Shown here: positions 1-13,793 of the stretch, piece after piece
How positions within the stretch are numbered: the first letter of the stretch is position 1
Layout of the letters: the number at the start of each line of letters is the position of its first letter
Origin: Stegostoma tigrinum
Taxonomy: Eukaryota
Assembly: GCF_030684315.1 (NCBI RefSeq)
Contig: NC_081387.1
Location: forward strand, 11,820,867 to 11,884,866
DNA: 64,000 nucleotides
Direction of reading: 5' to 3'
Position numbers and translations under genes: made by a program
Notes under the pieces: model-generated
Database searches by the model: none
What the model saw: the letters and a program-made list of their open reading frames with translations, nothing else
What the model was told of the DNA's origin: nothing

Positions 1-3000
1 TATCACAGTCACTGCCTCACTATCCCTCTATCACATTCAATGCCTCACTGTTCCCCATCACAGTCACTGCCTCACTATCCCCCCATCACTGCCACTGCCT
101 CACTGTCCCCTACATCTGTCACTGCCTCAATACCCCACTATCACTTTTGCTGGCTCACTGTCCCCCTATCGCCATCACTACCTCACTGTCCCCATATTAC
201 TGTCACTGCCTCACTGCCCCCCTACCACTGTCACTGCCTCACTGTCCCCCTACCACTGTCACTGCCTCACTATCCCCTATCACAGTCACTGCCTCACTAT
301 CCCTCTATCACATTCAATGCCTCACTGTTCCCCATCACAGTCACTGCCTCACTATCCCCCATCACTGTCACTGCCTCACTGTCCCTCTATCACATTCAAT
401 GCCTCACTGTTCCCCATCACAGTCACTGCCTCACTATCCCTCTATCACATTCAATGCCTCACTGTTCCCCATCACAGTCACTGCCTCACTATCCCCCCAT
501 CACTGTCACTGCCTCACTGTCCCCCTGTCACTGTCACTGCCTCATTATCCCCCTATCACTGTGACAGCCTCATTATGCCCCTTTCACTGTAACTGCCTCA
601 TTATCCCCCTATCACTGTCACTGCCTCACTATCCCCCCATCACTGTCACTGCCTCACTGTCCCCCTACCACTGTCACTGCCTCACTATCCCCCTGTCACT
701 GTCACTGCCTCATTATCCCCCTATCAATGTGACAGCCTCATTATGCCCCTTTCACTGTAACTGCCTCACTGTCCCCCTACCACTGTCACTGCCTCACTAT
801 CTCCCCCCCGCTAATGGTGGGGCACGTTGGCTCAGTGATTTGCACTGCAGCCTCACAGCACCAGGGACCCGGGCTCAATTCCACCCTCGGGCGACTCTCA
901 GTGCGGAGTTTGCACATTCTCCCCGTGTCTGCGTGGACTTCCTTCGGGTGCTCCGGTTTCCTCCCACAGTCCAAAGATGTGCAGGCCAGGGTGGATTGGC
1001 CATGCTAAATTGCCCATAGTGTCCAGGGGCGTGTATGGGTATTAGGGGGAAGGACGTGGGTGGGATGCTGCAATGGGCAGTGTGCTCTTGTTGGGCCAAA
1101 GGGCCTGTTTCCACACTGTAGGGAAACTCATCTAATCACTGTCAATGTCCCCTGATCACTGTCACTGCCTCACTTTCCACCTATCACACGCAGTGCCTCA
1201 ATGTACCCCTATTAGAGTCACTGCCTCACTGCCTCACTATTACTGTCATTGCCTCACAGCCTCACTATCCCCCTATCACTGTGACAGCCTCATTATCCCC
1301 CTATCACTGTAACTGCCTCACTATCCCCCTGTCACTGTCACTGCCTCATTATCCCCCTATCACTGTGACAGCCTCATTATGCCCCTTTCACTGTAACTGC
1401 CTCACTGTCCCCCTATCACTGTCACTGCATCACTATCCCACCAATCACTATAACTGCCTCACATTCTCCCTATTACTGTCATGGCCTCGCTATCCCCCTA
1501 TACTGTGAATGCCTCACTGTCACTCTATCACTGTCACTGCCTCACAGTCTCCCTATCACTGTCACTGCCTCACTATCCCCTATCACTGTCAATGCCTCAC
1601 TGTCCCCCATCTCTATCACTGCCTCACTGTCCCCCTATCACTGTCACTGCCTCACAATCCCTCTATCACTGTCACTGCCTCACAGTCTCCCTATCACTGT
1701 CACTGCCTCACAATCCCTCTATCACTGTCACTGCCTCACTGTCCCCCCATCTCTATCACTGCCTCACTGTCCCCCTATCACTGTCACTGCCTCACAATCC
1801 CTCTATCACTGTCACTGCCTCACTGTCCCCCTATCACTGTCACTGCCTCACTGTCCCCCATAACAGTCATTGCATCACTGTCCCCCATCACTGTAACTGC
1901 CTCACTGTCCCCCATCACTGTCACCGCCTCACTGTTCCCCTATCACTGTCACCGCCTCACTGTTCCCCTATCACTGTCACCGCCTCACTGTTCCCCTATC
2001 ACTGTCACCGCCTCACTGTTCCCCTATCACTGTCACTGCCTCACTGTTCCCCTATTACTGTCACCGCCTCACTGTCCACCTCTCACAGTCACTTCTTCAC
2101 TATCCCACTAACACTGTCACTGCCTCAATCTCCGCCTATTACAATCAACGCCTGGCACTCCCCCTATCACACTCACTGCCTCCCTGTACCCCTATCACTG
2201 TCACTGCTTCACTATCCCCCTATCACTGTCACTGCCTCACTACCTCACTATCACTATCACTGCCTCACTATCCCCCTATCACTGTCACTGCCTCACTACC
2301 TCACTATCACTATCACTGCCTCACTATCCCCCTATCACTGTCACTGCCTCACTACCTCACTATCACTATCACTGCCTCACTATCCCCCTATCACTGTCAC
2401 TGCCTCACTACCTCACTATCACTATCACTGCCTCACTATCCCCCTATCACTGTCACTGCCTCACTACCTCACTATCACTATCACTGCCTCACTATCCCCC
2501 AATCACTGTCACTGCCTTACTACCTCACTATCACTGTCACTGCTTCACTGCCTCACTGTCCCGCTATTACTGTCACTGCCTCACTGTCCACCTATCACAG
2601 TCACCGCCTCACTATCCCCCTATCACAGTCACCGCCTCACTATCCACCTACCACTGACGCTGCCTCACTATCCCACTTACCAGTGCCACTGCCTCACTAT
2701 CCCCCTATCACTTTCACTGCCTCTCTATTTCACTGTCACTGCCTCTCTATCTCACTGTCACTGTCACTGTTTCACTGTCCCTTTACCACTGTCACTGCCT
2801 CACTTTCCCCTCACACTTTCACTATCTCACCATCCCCCTTTCACTGTCACTGCCTAACTGCCCCCCTATCACTGTCACTGCGTCACTGTACCCCTAACAC
2901 TGTCAATGCCTCACTATCCCCCTAACACTGTCAGTGCCTCACTGTCCCCACTATCACTGTCACTGCCTCACATTCTCCCCTCGCTGTCACGGCCTCATTA

Positions 3001-3640
3001 TACCCCTATCACTGTCACTGCCTGACTGCCCCACTGTCACTGTCAATGCCTCACTATCCCCCATCACTATTACTGCCTCACAGTCCCTCATAACAGTCAC
3101 TGGCTCACTGTATTCCTATCACGGTCACTGCCTCATCATCTCCCTAACATAGTCACTGCCTCACTATCTCCCTAACACTGTCACTGCCTCAGTCTCCCCT
3201 ATCACTGTCACTGCCTCACTATCCCCCCATCACTGTAACTGCCTCACTGTCCCCCTATCACTGTCACTGCCTCACTATCCCCCTATCACTGTCACTGCCT
3301 CACTGTCCCCCTATCACTGTCACTGCCTCACTATACTCCCTCACTGTCACTGCCTCACAGCCCCACTGTCACTGTCAATGCCTCACTATCCTCCCTATCA
3401 CTGTCACTGCCTCACTGCCCACCTATCTCTGTCACTGACTCTCTACCAGCCCTATCACTGTCACTGCGTCAGTGTCCCCCTCTCACTGTCACTGCCTCAC
3501 TGTCCCCCTATTACTGTCACTGCCTCACTGTCCCCCTATTACTGTTACTGCCTCACTATCCCCCTATCACTGTCACTGTCTCACTATCCCCCTATCACTG
3601 TCACTGTCTCACTATCCTGCCCTCACTGTCACTGTTTCAC
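1..3640. repeat. Degenerate tandem satellite (~26-28 bp unit such as TCACTGTCACTGCCTCACTATCCCCCTA, built from TCACTG/TCACTGCC submotifs)
   Basis: Continuous recurrence of tcactgtcactgcctcact(a/g)tcccc; explains the low-complexity H/C/P/S/L/T ORFs in three frames; interrupted by a SINE at ~815-1125. Confidence 0.95.
815..1125 (+). mobile_element. HE1-like tRNA-derived shark SINE inserted in the satellite
   Basis: tRNA-like head (ggcacgttggctcagtg...gcactgcagcctcacagcaccagggacccgggctcaatt), core gagtttgcacattctccccgtgtctgcgtgg...cccacagtccaaagatgtgcagg, tail gggcctgtttccacactgtaggga; several other copies in the window. Confidence 0.85.
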
Positions 3641-4439
3641 CATCCCACTCTCGCCGGCCCACCCTTGACCTGACACCCTCACTCTCTCCCACAATCAATC
3701 TGCCACCACTGCAGGCTTCAAAACATACATGTTCAGCTCCCACCATCTGGCTCCCAGTCATGACCCAGCTCCTCCCTGATTCCTGGGTCAGTAGTGAAAA
3801 GTGATGGGGGGTTGGAATTTCAACAGAGCTACAGTGAAGAGGTGGGGAACAAAAAGGAAGGGCAAATGAAGGAGAAGGAGAACTGGCATGCAGAGTGGCA
3901 TTCTGATTGTAGCAAATTACTATGCTGCCATCTTGGTATATTCTAGAATCATTTTCACTGGTGTTAACTGGGGTCTCAGAGTCCATCAACATTATACTTG
4001 TAATTAACACTTTGTAAGGATCTTTGTACTGCAAAAGTGAGCGTCCCATGAACATGTCACATTTAGGGCATTCTCATTTCAAAGGGGTGTTACGTTTGGC
4101 CAAAGTAATAATCACATGCGGACATGTCTGGGAGAAATATGCAGAAAGTCAGCATCACAGTGAAGCAGACTGAGGAAAACAGAACTGTGTGAGAATAGTA
4201 TCAGCAATAGCAGATAAAAGGAAATGACAAGGACCACCTTTCTGCATGCCTGAGGCAAAAAATGACTACATAGGTTGTGGTTAGTGACAGTGTTCCCTCT
4301 GAACTGCAGTCGCTTTGAGATTCCCTCTGAGGGAGGAGTGAACAAAAATCAAAAGTGTGACAGGAAGGAGCAGATAATATGAACAGAACAGTGCAATAGA
4401 AATGAGAACCAGAATGAGTAATAAACATAAACTATCAAA

Positions 4440-4950
4440 GCTTATAAAGAGCTGTACAACGCAGAAACAGACCCGTCAGTCCAACTTGTCCATGCCGACT
4501 AGATATCTTAAATTAATCTAATCCCATTTGCTGACATTTGGCCCATTTCCCTCTAAGCCCTTCCTAGTCCAGGTTTCTTTTAAATGTTGGAATTGTTCCA
4601 GTCTCCACCACTTCCTTTGTCAGCTCATTCCATACATGCTTTACCCTCTGCATGAAAAAGTTGTTCGTCAGGTCCCTTTTTTTATTTTTCCCCTCTCACC
4701 TTAAACCTAAAGTCTTGGACTCCCCTATCCAGGAAAAAAAAAGACCTCAGCTATTCACTCTATCCATGCCCCTCATGATTTTATAAACCTCTTCCCGTAG
4801 CCTCCGACACTTCAGGGAAAATAGCCCCAGTCTATTCAGCTTCTCCCTATAGCTCAAACCCTCCAACCCACCAACATCCTTGTTAAAATCTTTTCTGCAC
4901 CCTTTCAAGTTTGACAATGTCCTTTCTAGAACACGGAGACCAGAAATGAA
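4440..4950 (-). mobile_element. CR1/L2-clade LINE 3' fragment
   Basis: Minus-strand peptide remnants KLERVQKRF and LEGLSYREKLNRLGLFSL, typical of the CR1 ORF2 C-terminus, plus the shared 3' tail. Confidence 0.8.
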
Positions 4951-5214
4951 TGGAGTGCTTCCATCGATTCTCTTTATTTGAATGCACATGCAGAATTAGG
5001 AATAAAATAGATAAGTTCACAGCACAAATATGCAGGAATGCATATGATTTGATAGCTGTTACACAGATGTGGTTGTAGCCTGACCAAGGCAGGGAACTCA
5101 ATATTTAATGGTGTTCCTTATTCTGAAAAATTGATAGAAAGGAAAAGGAAGTGGGGTGGCATTGTTGATAAAGGATTTTTGCAGTGCTCTAGTAAGCAGT
5201 ATCATCAGAGAGCC

Positions 5215-5850
5215 CCTACAGCATGGAAACAGGCCCTTCAGCCCAACAAGTCCACATTGATCATCAGAGCATCCCACCCAGACACATCCCCCTATAAGCC
5301 ACCTAATCTATGTACCCCTGAACACTATCTGGGTAATTTAGCATGGCCAACCCATCTAGCCTGCACATCTTTGGATTGTGGGAGGAAACCCATGCAGCCA
5401 CGGAGAGAACATGCAAATTCCACACAGACTGTGATGTCAAATCAATTTGGCTGAAACAAAGGAGCAGCAAGGAAAGGAAATTGTCGGTAGGACTTGCCTC
5501 TAGGCCCTCAAGATTTGCCTTACTGAGGGACAAAGTATCAACCAAGAAAGGTGTGCATCATCTCAGTGTAGAACAGTGTAGAAGCAGGTCATTTAGGCCA
5601 CTGACAAGGACCCCAACTGGAGTCATCTTGTAAGTCTGCACTTCCCATGGCGAAACTACTTAGCCTACGCAACCCTGGACACTATGGGCAATTTAGCATG
5701 GGCCAATCCACCTAGCCTGTGCATCTTTGAACTATGGGAGGAAGCCCACGCAGGCACAAGGAGAATGTGCAAACTCCACACAGACAGTCAGCCAACGGTG
5801 GGATTGAACCCAGATCCCTGGTACTGTGTGGTGCTAACCACCGAGTCATC
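5215..5850 (-). mobile_element. Two adjacent HE1-like SINE copies (~5215-5430 and ~5580-5850)
   Basis: Reverse complements of the SINE core (ctgcacatctttgga..tgtgggaggaaaccc; aatgtgcaaactccacacagacag). Confidence 0.75.
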
Positions 5851-5899
5851 ATGCAGTACTCACTGTGGAGCTGTGTCAGTCGGTCACTAAAATTGTCAT

Positions 5900-7260
5900 G
5901 AGTAATTTTAATCCACATATTGACTAGACAAATTAGGTGGACAAGGTAAACATGGAAGACAAATTTGCAAAGCATAAACTTTTCTAGTGGCGGTAAGTTC
6001 CAGAGCTGCCTGGGGGTCTATTTCAGATCTAACAATGTGCAATAAGATTAGACTACTAAGAGATCCCAGAGTTAAGGATCCTCCAGGAGGTAATGATCAT
6101 AGTATGGTCCCAAATTTCAAATTTGCTTGGAGGAAGAGCAACTCAGAATTCCAAACCCTGTCCTCAACTTAAGTAAGGCCAATTACAGAGATATGAAGAT
6201 AGAGTTGCCCAAAGCCAGTAGTTGAGCAATGGCAAACATTTAAGCAGACATAATGCTCCACAATAGATTCTGCCACTCAGAAAGATTTGATGGGTAAGAT
6301 GAATCACTGTGGTTAACAAAAACAGTTAGGGAGAGTATCGCATCAAAAATTAAGACATGTGAAGTCGATAACTAATGATTAGGCGCAATGATTGTGAATC
6401 CATTAGGAACAAGCAGTGGGCAACTACAAATCTATTAAAAAGGGGGAAAATTGATTCCATAAAGAATTGGCAAGAAATAGGAAAACAACCAATGAGAGTT
6501 TCTGTGAGTATATAAAAAGAAAGAGAGTAGCTAAAGTCAGTATGGGACCCTTAGAGGATGTGACTGGCGAATTAACAATGGGTAACGGAGGAATGGCAGA
6601 TAATTTAAAATCAATATTTTACATCAGTTTTCATGTTAGAGTCTACTACAAACATCCAAAAGATATCAGATAAACAAGGTGTTAATGGGAAGAAAGGTCT
6701 TGTTCCAATCGCTATATGAGGAATGAAGTATTTAACAAACTAATGGAACTGAAGGCAGACAAGTCACCAGGATGTGATGGCTTGCATCTAATTGTTTTAG
6801 GGGAAACTTTTATAGAGCCACACAGCACGGAAACAGACCCTTTGGTCCAACTCATCCTTGCCGAACAATTTTCCCAAAGTAAACCAGTCCCATTGTCTGG
6901 TGTTGGCCCACATCCCTCTAAACCTTTCCTATTCATGTACCTGTGCAAATATCTTTTAACTGTTGGAACTGTACCTGAATCTATCACTTTGTCTGACAGT
7001 TAATATGAACCTCTGTATGAAAAAATTTCCGCTAAGGTCACTTTTAAATCTTTCTCCCTTCACCTTAAAATTATGCCCTCTAGATCTGAACCCCCGCCCC
7101 AAAGCTAGGGAAAAGGATTTAGCTTTTATAAACACTTACAAGGTAATCTCTCTGCCTCCTCTACGCAACTGATAAAGTCCCAGCTTATCTAACCTCTCCT
7201 TATAACTCAAACCTCCCAGTATTGATAACATCATTGTAAATCTTTTCTTCACCCTCTCCA
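5900..7260. mobile_element. Degenerate CR1 LINE internal fragment (+, ~5900-6800) followed by an inverted CR1 3' fragment (-, ~6810-7260)
   Basis: Remnants DPPGGNDHSMV, EYIKRKRVAKVSMGPL and KLMELKADKSPGCDGLH resemble CR1 ORF2; then cacagcacggaaacagaccc (reverse complement of the LINE tail). Confidence 0.7.
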
Positions 7261-7659
7261 ATTTAATAGGGGTGGGCATCACTGGATAGGTTAGCATTTA
7301 TTGCCCATCCTGTGTGCTGCTTTAAATACATTTGTTGTATGTAGACACACAACACCATTAAGGAGAGAGTTCCCGTAACACTAAAGAAAGGTGGCATGAC
7401 TCCAAGTCTGAATGATGAGTGGCTTGAAGGGGAACTTACAGGTTGTGATGGTTCCAATTATCATAGAATGAGTGAATGTTTGTGGCTGTGTGCCATTCAA
7501 GCTTCTTGAGTGTTGTTGAAGCTACACTCATCTCGTGGACAACATTCCGTCACACCACTGACATGTGCCTTGTAGATGGTGGACAGGATTGGGAATTTCA
7601 AGAGGTGAGTTACTGCAGGATATCTAGCCTCTGACCTGTTCATGTCTTCACAGTATTTG

Positions 7660-9150
7660 TGAGACTTGAGTCTGTGAGAATGCATAATTGAGCATATGTC
7701 TTGCGATATATTGGTGAGAATGTGTCTATTAGAGTGCATTGGAAAGTGAGTAAGCTGTGTATCTGTTGAGAACAAAAACAAAGTTGCTGGAAAAGCTCAG
7801 CAGGTCTGGCAGCATCTGTGGAGGAGAAAACAGAGTGAACGTTTCTGGTCCGGTGACCCTTCCTTAGAACTGAGGAAATGTATCTGTTGGCATGTGTCCA
7901 TGAGACTGTGTGCTTGAGAGCCTGAATCTTGTTCTATATCTTTGAGAGTGTGTTTGTGAGAGTGTGGATCTGTGTTGAGCGTCCATGGGAGAGCCAATGG
8001 GAGCATCTGTCTGTGTGTGTGTGTGTGTCTGTGACAATGTCTATCTTTATATTTATATGCAACCGTGTGTATGTCTGTGCTGTGAGTCTGTGAAAGTATC
8101 TGTCTGTACATTTATGTGTTATGTGTCTGTGTGCGACTATCTGTGGTGTGTGTTTCTGAAAGCCTGTATCTGTCATCAGTATTTGTGACAGCATGTATCT
8201 GTGTTGTATGTCTGTGGCAGTGTCTATCTGTAATTAATGCCTGTGGCAGTCTGTATCCGTATTCTGTGTGGTGTGTCTGTGACAGTGTCTATCTGTGTAT
8301 GTGTGTGTATCTGTGTTATGTGTCTGTGACAATGTACATCTACCAATGGTATATGTAGGTATCTGTGACTTGTGCCAGTGATAGTGTGTATCTGTGGTGT
8401 GTACATATTTGCTTTGTGTGTCTGTGACAGTGCCTATCTGTGGTGTGTACCTATCTGTGTTATGTTTGTGACAGTGTACATCTGTGGTGTGTATGTATTT
8501 GTGATGTGAGTCTGTAACAGTGTGTATCTGTGGTGTGTGTGCATCTGTATGTGTCTGCGACAGTCTGTACCTGTGGTATGTACATGTATATGCTGTCTGT
8601 CTGTATGTCTGTACATGTGTTTCCCTGTGCACTGTCTCTGTGACAGCGTATTGCTGCATCTGACAGTGCATATCAGTGTTATATATGTGTGAGCATGTTT
8701 TGTGAGTTGGTCTGTGAGAATGTGCATATGTGCCTTTGAGAGTGTATCTTTTGTTACGTATCTGTGTGTCTTTTACAGAGGTTCGAGAGGCTGTATCCAT
8801 GAGACTGTCCCTGTAAGTGTCTGCACTATAGTGTTGTCTGTGGCATTATGTATGCGTTGTGCATCTGAGTATATGTACTATATCCGCTGTGTTTCCGAGG
8901 GCATGTCTGTGAGCTGTGAGTGTATGTGTTGCACGCCTGTTAATGTGTGTGTGTCTGTGTGTGTGTGTGTTTGTGCGTTTATGTGTCTGGACAAATGAGC
9001 CAGTGAGTGTGCAAATATCGAGTACCTCAAAATGACAGTGTCTCTGTCACGACTGTGCTTTTTTGACGATAGTTTGTGCAGATTTCTGTAAACTTTTTGC
9101 CACTCTATGTGTGTGTGTGTGTGTGTGTGAGTGAGAGAGAGTTTCAGCGT
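7660..9150. repeat. Degenerate (TG)n / TGTATCTG low-complexity array
   Basis: Runs of tgtgtg, tgtatctgtg and tgtgacagtg; source of the spurious T/H/D-rich ORFs; contains a short Penelope-type terminal fragment at ~7768-7874. Confidence 0.9.
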
Positions 9151-9229
9151 CATATCTTTCTATATGTGAGAGCCTGCCACAACTTCTCCGCATTCTTGAT
9201 AACATCTCCCAGCCCCTGATCTTTCAGAC

Positions 9230-9719
9230 ACAGAACCGGCGAAGGCTATCTTTTAATTTCTGCTAAAGGAAGAAACAGCGCGGGTTATCGTTGAGAAATG
9301 TTTCTGTGCTCGCGACCAGCCGGATTAAAATAGAGACGGGGTCCCGCTTGCAGTCTCTCTCCCTATCTCAAACCGCCCTGGAAACGAAAATAAAACCGGC
9401 GGGTTTATTTGGGGACAGGCGGGGAATGAGCGCTGATGCGAACGTGAGGAATTTCACACCAGCAGACCGGCGCTGCGGAAACTGAGGCGAGTGTAGGATT
9501 TGTTTTTATCTCTTTTGTTTTTAAATTGATTCGCCTGCAAACGACCTGGGGTTATACAGTCACAGGCTCTGCTGTGAACCAGCCCTTTTAGAGGAGACTG
9601 CAAATTTCAAATGGCTGTGTGATGCATACGCCGAAAGCCAGAACAAAAATCACAAGCCCCTGACCTTTCGGGCACAGACTGAGAATGTAGACGAAATTGG
9701 AAGCGGATTTGGAAATAAG
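9230..9719 (+). promoter_or_regulatory. CpG-rich segment: candidate promoter / non-coding first exon of gene 1
   Basis: Local CpG enrichment (cgcggg, cgcgacc, ccggcgg, cggcgctgcgg) ~2 kb upstream of the leader exon; good donor AAG|GTGAGC at 9719/9720. Confidence 0.4.
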
Positions 9720-10760
9720 GTGAGCTGCATTGGAAATGGAACTTGACGTAAGATTTTTTAAAAAACACTCTGGAGGGCTTTTCTCTTTTTAAATAAAAGC
9801 TACATACTGTGTATGATGTGAGTCAGTTGACAGAGTCTGCTGGGGAAACTCAACAGATCTCTGTGGACACTGAGAAAGAAACTGAATTCGAGTTTGGAAT
9901 GTTCCTCGTGTGCAATTTTCACTTTAATTTCATCATGTGGAGGTGCCGGTGCTGGACTGTGGTGGGCAAAGTCAGAAGTCACACGACACCAGGTAACAGT
10001 CAAATGGTTTTAATTTGAAATCACAAGCTTTCGAAGCGCTGCTCCTTCAGAGTTCCCGGTGTTCAGTTTGAGGCCGACTCACAAACGCTTGCTGCCTGTG
10101 CTGAAGTTATTACACACTCAATGTGGTGGGCTCAAATTTCATTCATTAAGTGGCTGAGGAATGTGAATGTATGTAGCGCCAAGCCCCAGTGTGAAGATTT
10201 AGCATTTTCCTTGAAAATAGCGGACGGGTGTAAGTTTCGCGTTGCAATATCACCGGAGATAATTGTTATTTTGCTTCAAGGAAGAAAATATTGCATAGTG
10301 TTATACAGCACGGAAACAGGCCCCTCGGTCCAAATAGTCTACACTGGCCATAATCCCAAACTAACCTCGTCCCACCTTCCTGTGCTTGACCTATATCCCT
10401 TCAATTTCCATTTCACGTACTTGTCTAAATGCATTTTAAAGATTATAACTGTATCCGCATCCACCCTCCTCTGGATGTTCATTCCACACACAAACCACTC
10501 TCTGTGTAAAAATAAAGTTGTCTCTCATTTTTTTAAAATCTTTCTCCTGTCTCTTTGGGCTCAGCCATTTACTCCTTGCCTCTACCCACCTCCCCCACCC
10601 TACCTTCTGCATAAAAGCTACCAGCTACCATCAGTTCTGAAGTAGGATTACACCTGATTTCTCTCCACTGATGCTACCAGATCTGCTGAGGCTTTCCAAC
10701 AATTTTTGATTGTGTTAGAAAACAATAAACTGGCTTTAACCTTCTCTCATTGCATTTCAG

Positions 10761-10856
10761 GTTTGTTTCAATCCGAAGGACTAACGTTCTCTGAGAGATT
10801 TTGTTGTTTGCATTAGTTCCATTGTATAGATTTGTGCTCAAGTATCTTCCACATGG
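10761..10856 (+). other. Candidate 5'-UTR exon of gene 1
   Basis: Acceptor cttctctcattgcatttcag|G and donor ATGG|GTAATG, in unique sequence between the CpG-rich segment and the leader exon. Confidence 0.4.
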
Positions 10857-11159
10857 GTAATGGGAAAGCTCCTGGATTAATGCTTCGAGAAAAGAATGCT
10901 TAGAAATTAAAAGTCATGGACTGGTGACCCCATAAGTGTTCAGTCACAAAGTTGAATTTGCTTGCTTTTGATTCAGGCCCCAAAGACTTTTGTTGATCTT
11001 AAGTTTGAATGCATTCTCATGGGACTGAATGTACACTTGGGGATAATTTAACAGCGGCAGAATGGATGTGCAGTTGGGTGAAATGTGGTGGGTAGCTGCC
11101 ATGTAGCACTCATAGATGGAGATCAAACCCCCGATCAACACCCATAATGACCTTAGCCA

Positions 11160-11450
11160 TCTAAAGTGGGATGATCATGGCTGAGAGGTGTTATCACCTG
11201 ACTGTCAATTCAGAGATCCCAGCTAATTGTTGGGGATGTGGGCTCAAATGTTGCCATGGCGTATTGAATTCTTGTCTTTCAAAGAAACCTTCACTTAAAA
11301 ATCTAATGATGACCAGGAGAAAGCCCACACAATGTGCACTAGGGAAAGAAAATGCCATCCGAACCTGGTCTGGTCTACTTGTGACTCACCATCTGTGCAA
11401 TAAATGCTCACTTATCCAGCGATGCCCTCATCTTGTGAATGAATGGAAAA
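11160..11450 (+). mobile_element. Deu/SacSINE-type SINE remnant
   Basis: agggaaagaaaatgccatcc..acctggtctggtctac..gtgactc motif shared with copies at ~12530-12790, 36020-36360 (-), 39950-40290 (-) and 59085-59810. Confidence 0.6.
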
Positions 11451-11538
11451 CAAATTACAATGATGAGTTTTAGTTTCTTGTACCAAGAGTGTTAATTTCA
11501 CATTCCATGCAATTCATTTGTTTACCCATCACAGGAGG

Positions 11539-11581
11539 ATGAACCCAAGCCCGATCCTCTGGATATTGGCTGTCTTCTTGG
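11539..11581 (+). CDS. NCR3: Gene 1 (NKp30/NCR3-like) leader exon: MNPSPILWILAVFL(G)
   Basis: Acceptor cccatcacag| at 11534/11535, ATG at 11539, hydrophobic signal peptide, phase-1 donor G|GTGAGT; in frame with the V exons. Confidence 0.85.
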
Positions 11582-13793
11582 GTGAGTATCATTCCATTAT
11601 TTATAAACTTTACGCATTGGTGTTGGAGATTTTGCAGATAAAGGCAAATAGTACATGGTGCAAACGACAAGCAAATTAGACTGAGTTTAAAGACACAGCT
11701 GAACAGAATCACTTATGCTGTAATCTAACACAACTTCACAATGACCTAGCTCGACTCATCAACCGTTGCTAAATTTTCAAACGCTTTGCCAAACATTTAT
11801 AAATTATGCAGCACGGAAACAGATGTTTTAGTCTAGCTTGTCCACATGGACCAGGCATCCCAGTCTGACCTACTCCCATTTGCCAGCATTTGGCCCATAT
11901 CTTTCACCCCCACATGCCTTTTAAATGTTGTAATTGTACCCACCTCCAATCCTTCCTCTGGCAGCTTATTCCATACACGCACTACCTTCTGCAAGAAAGA
12001 AGTTACCTCATAACTCCTTTTTAAATCTTTCCCCTCTCATCTTAAAACAATGCCATCTAGTTTTGGAATTCCCCACTCGAGGAAAACAGAAGTTTCCACT
12101 TGTAAAATACTTGCAAAGACCAAAACCATTCCCTCCAGTTCCCCACAACTAATTCTATCTGTATCCATAGCAAGTCTCTTGAGGATGAAGCAGACCATGA
12201 CAGAATATATGACATTGAGTTAAACTTCTTCATTGAGATTCATGTCTTCAGATCATTTACCACGCATTTCCAACTTCATGAAACTGCCTGATTCCACCAA
12301 ATCTCAATTCATCTGATGCTGGAACCATCAGAGATGTTTTTGTTACCTCTATACTTGACTGTACTATAAGCACATCCCACACAGCGCCCACTATAAACCT
12401 GATTTTATCTGAACCTCTGATTGCCCTGCCATAACTCTCACAGTGTGCTCCCTCACAGCCCTGCTGGCAGAGTGTACGGTAATGTAATGTCACTGCTCTA
12501 CACTAATACTGTATAACACATGTACAAGTCCTACCAAGCAAGTGGTGGAATTAAGATTCATCACTGTGGAGACCTGGAGTACATGTCTAGTCTCAATGCT
12601 CGTACTGTAACAATTATTATTGATGGTTCATTCATGTCCTTTATGGAAGGAAATCTGCAATCTTTACCTGGTCTGGGCTGCATGACCCATAACAATTGAC
12701 TCTTAAATAGACTACCAAACCATACAGCTCAATGGCAGTTACGCATGGGCGACCAATACTGATCTTACTAGTGATACTCACATCCCCTGTAAAGTGCACA
12801 GTTCAGAAACAGAGAATTTGACTGAACCACCATTATTTCACTCCTTTCAAACTGGCCTTCTTATCACTTATCATGTTCCCAAATCCTATCATTGCAGAGT
12901 CAAGTGCTTTGCTGTATTTACAATACTGGCCTCTCATAGTTTTCTCACTCATAGGGTCGCAGAGTGATCATAGAGTCATCCTTCCTTTCTCTGTCCTTCC
13001 TCATACTTCTTGACACCTCACCACCTTAGGCCTTTTGCCGACAGTAGGGAATTTCAAGAGTAGGGAGCATATGAGGGGAGAGAGATTTGAAATGAACGTG
13101 AGGGGTAACTTTGTCAGAGAGTGGTTTGTGTGTGGAATGAACTTGTAGGGGAAGTTGGGGTTGTGGCTACAGTTACAACATTGAAAAGGCATGTAGATAA
13201 TTACATGTATAAGAAATGTTTGAAAGGATATGGGCCAAGCACAGGCAGGTGGGACTAGTTTAGTTTGGAGTAATGGACTGGTTGGACCAAATGGTCTGTA
13301 TCTGTGCAGTAGAAGTCTATGACTCAGTAATATCAAAATAACACATTAGGTCTCCTTGAAATAAGTGATCTCTGTGACAGATCACCACTGCAGCTCTTTT
13401 GAATAACATGTCACATCTACGGCGCTTTCATTATCCTGCTTGTTGGAAACCAAGTGGAAGGATTTGCTGTTTTTGTTGATCTGCCCATAGAATGATGCAG
13501 CACTGTGAAGCCCATTCTGCCCATCGTGCCAGTGCAAGGTTTCTAAAAAAAACGCTTTTGAACTTAGAACGTAATCGTTTCCCAATGAAGGGTGCAGTCA
13601 GCTTCCTTGTTCAGGCTGTATTGGAATCTGCTCTCAAAGCACTTTCACGCAGAGGTCAGCATCTCACTGAGTGTTAAAACGGTTTTCTAAACATTGCTGC
13701 ACATTCCCTCCACTGAGCTGGTAATTTGTTTATTCATTTTAACGTTGACTCTCAAAGTTAACTTCCCATCGCTTCCTCCCCTCTAAGTTTCAG

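Noticed and set aside
40-3804. Long His/Cys/Pro-rich ORFs (up to 458 aa)
   Set aside because: Translations of the satellite in several frames; no splice or domain support.
7797-9153. Thr/His/Asp- and Cys/Val-rich ORFs
   Set aside because: Products of the (TG)n-like array.
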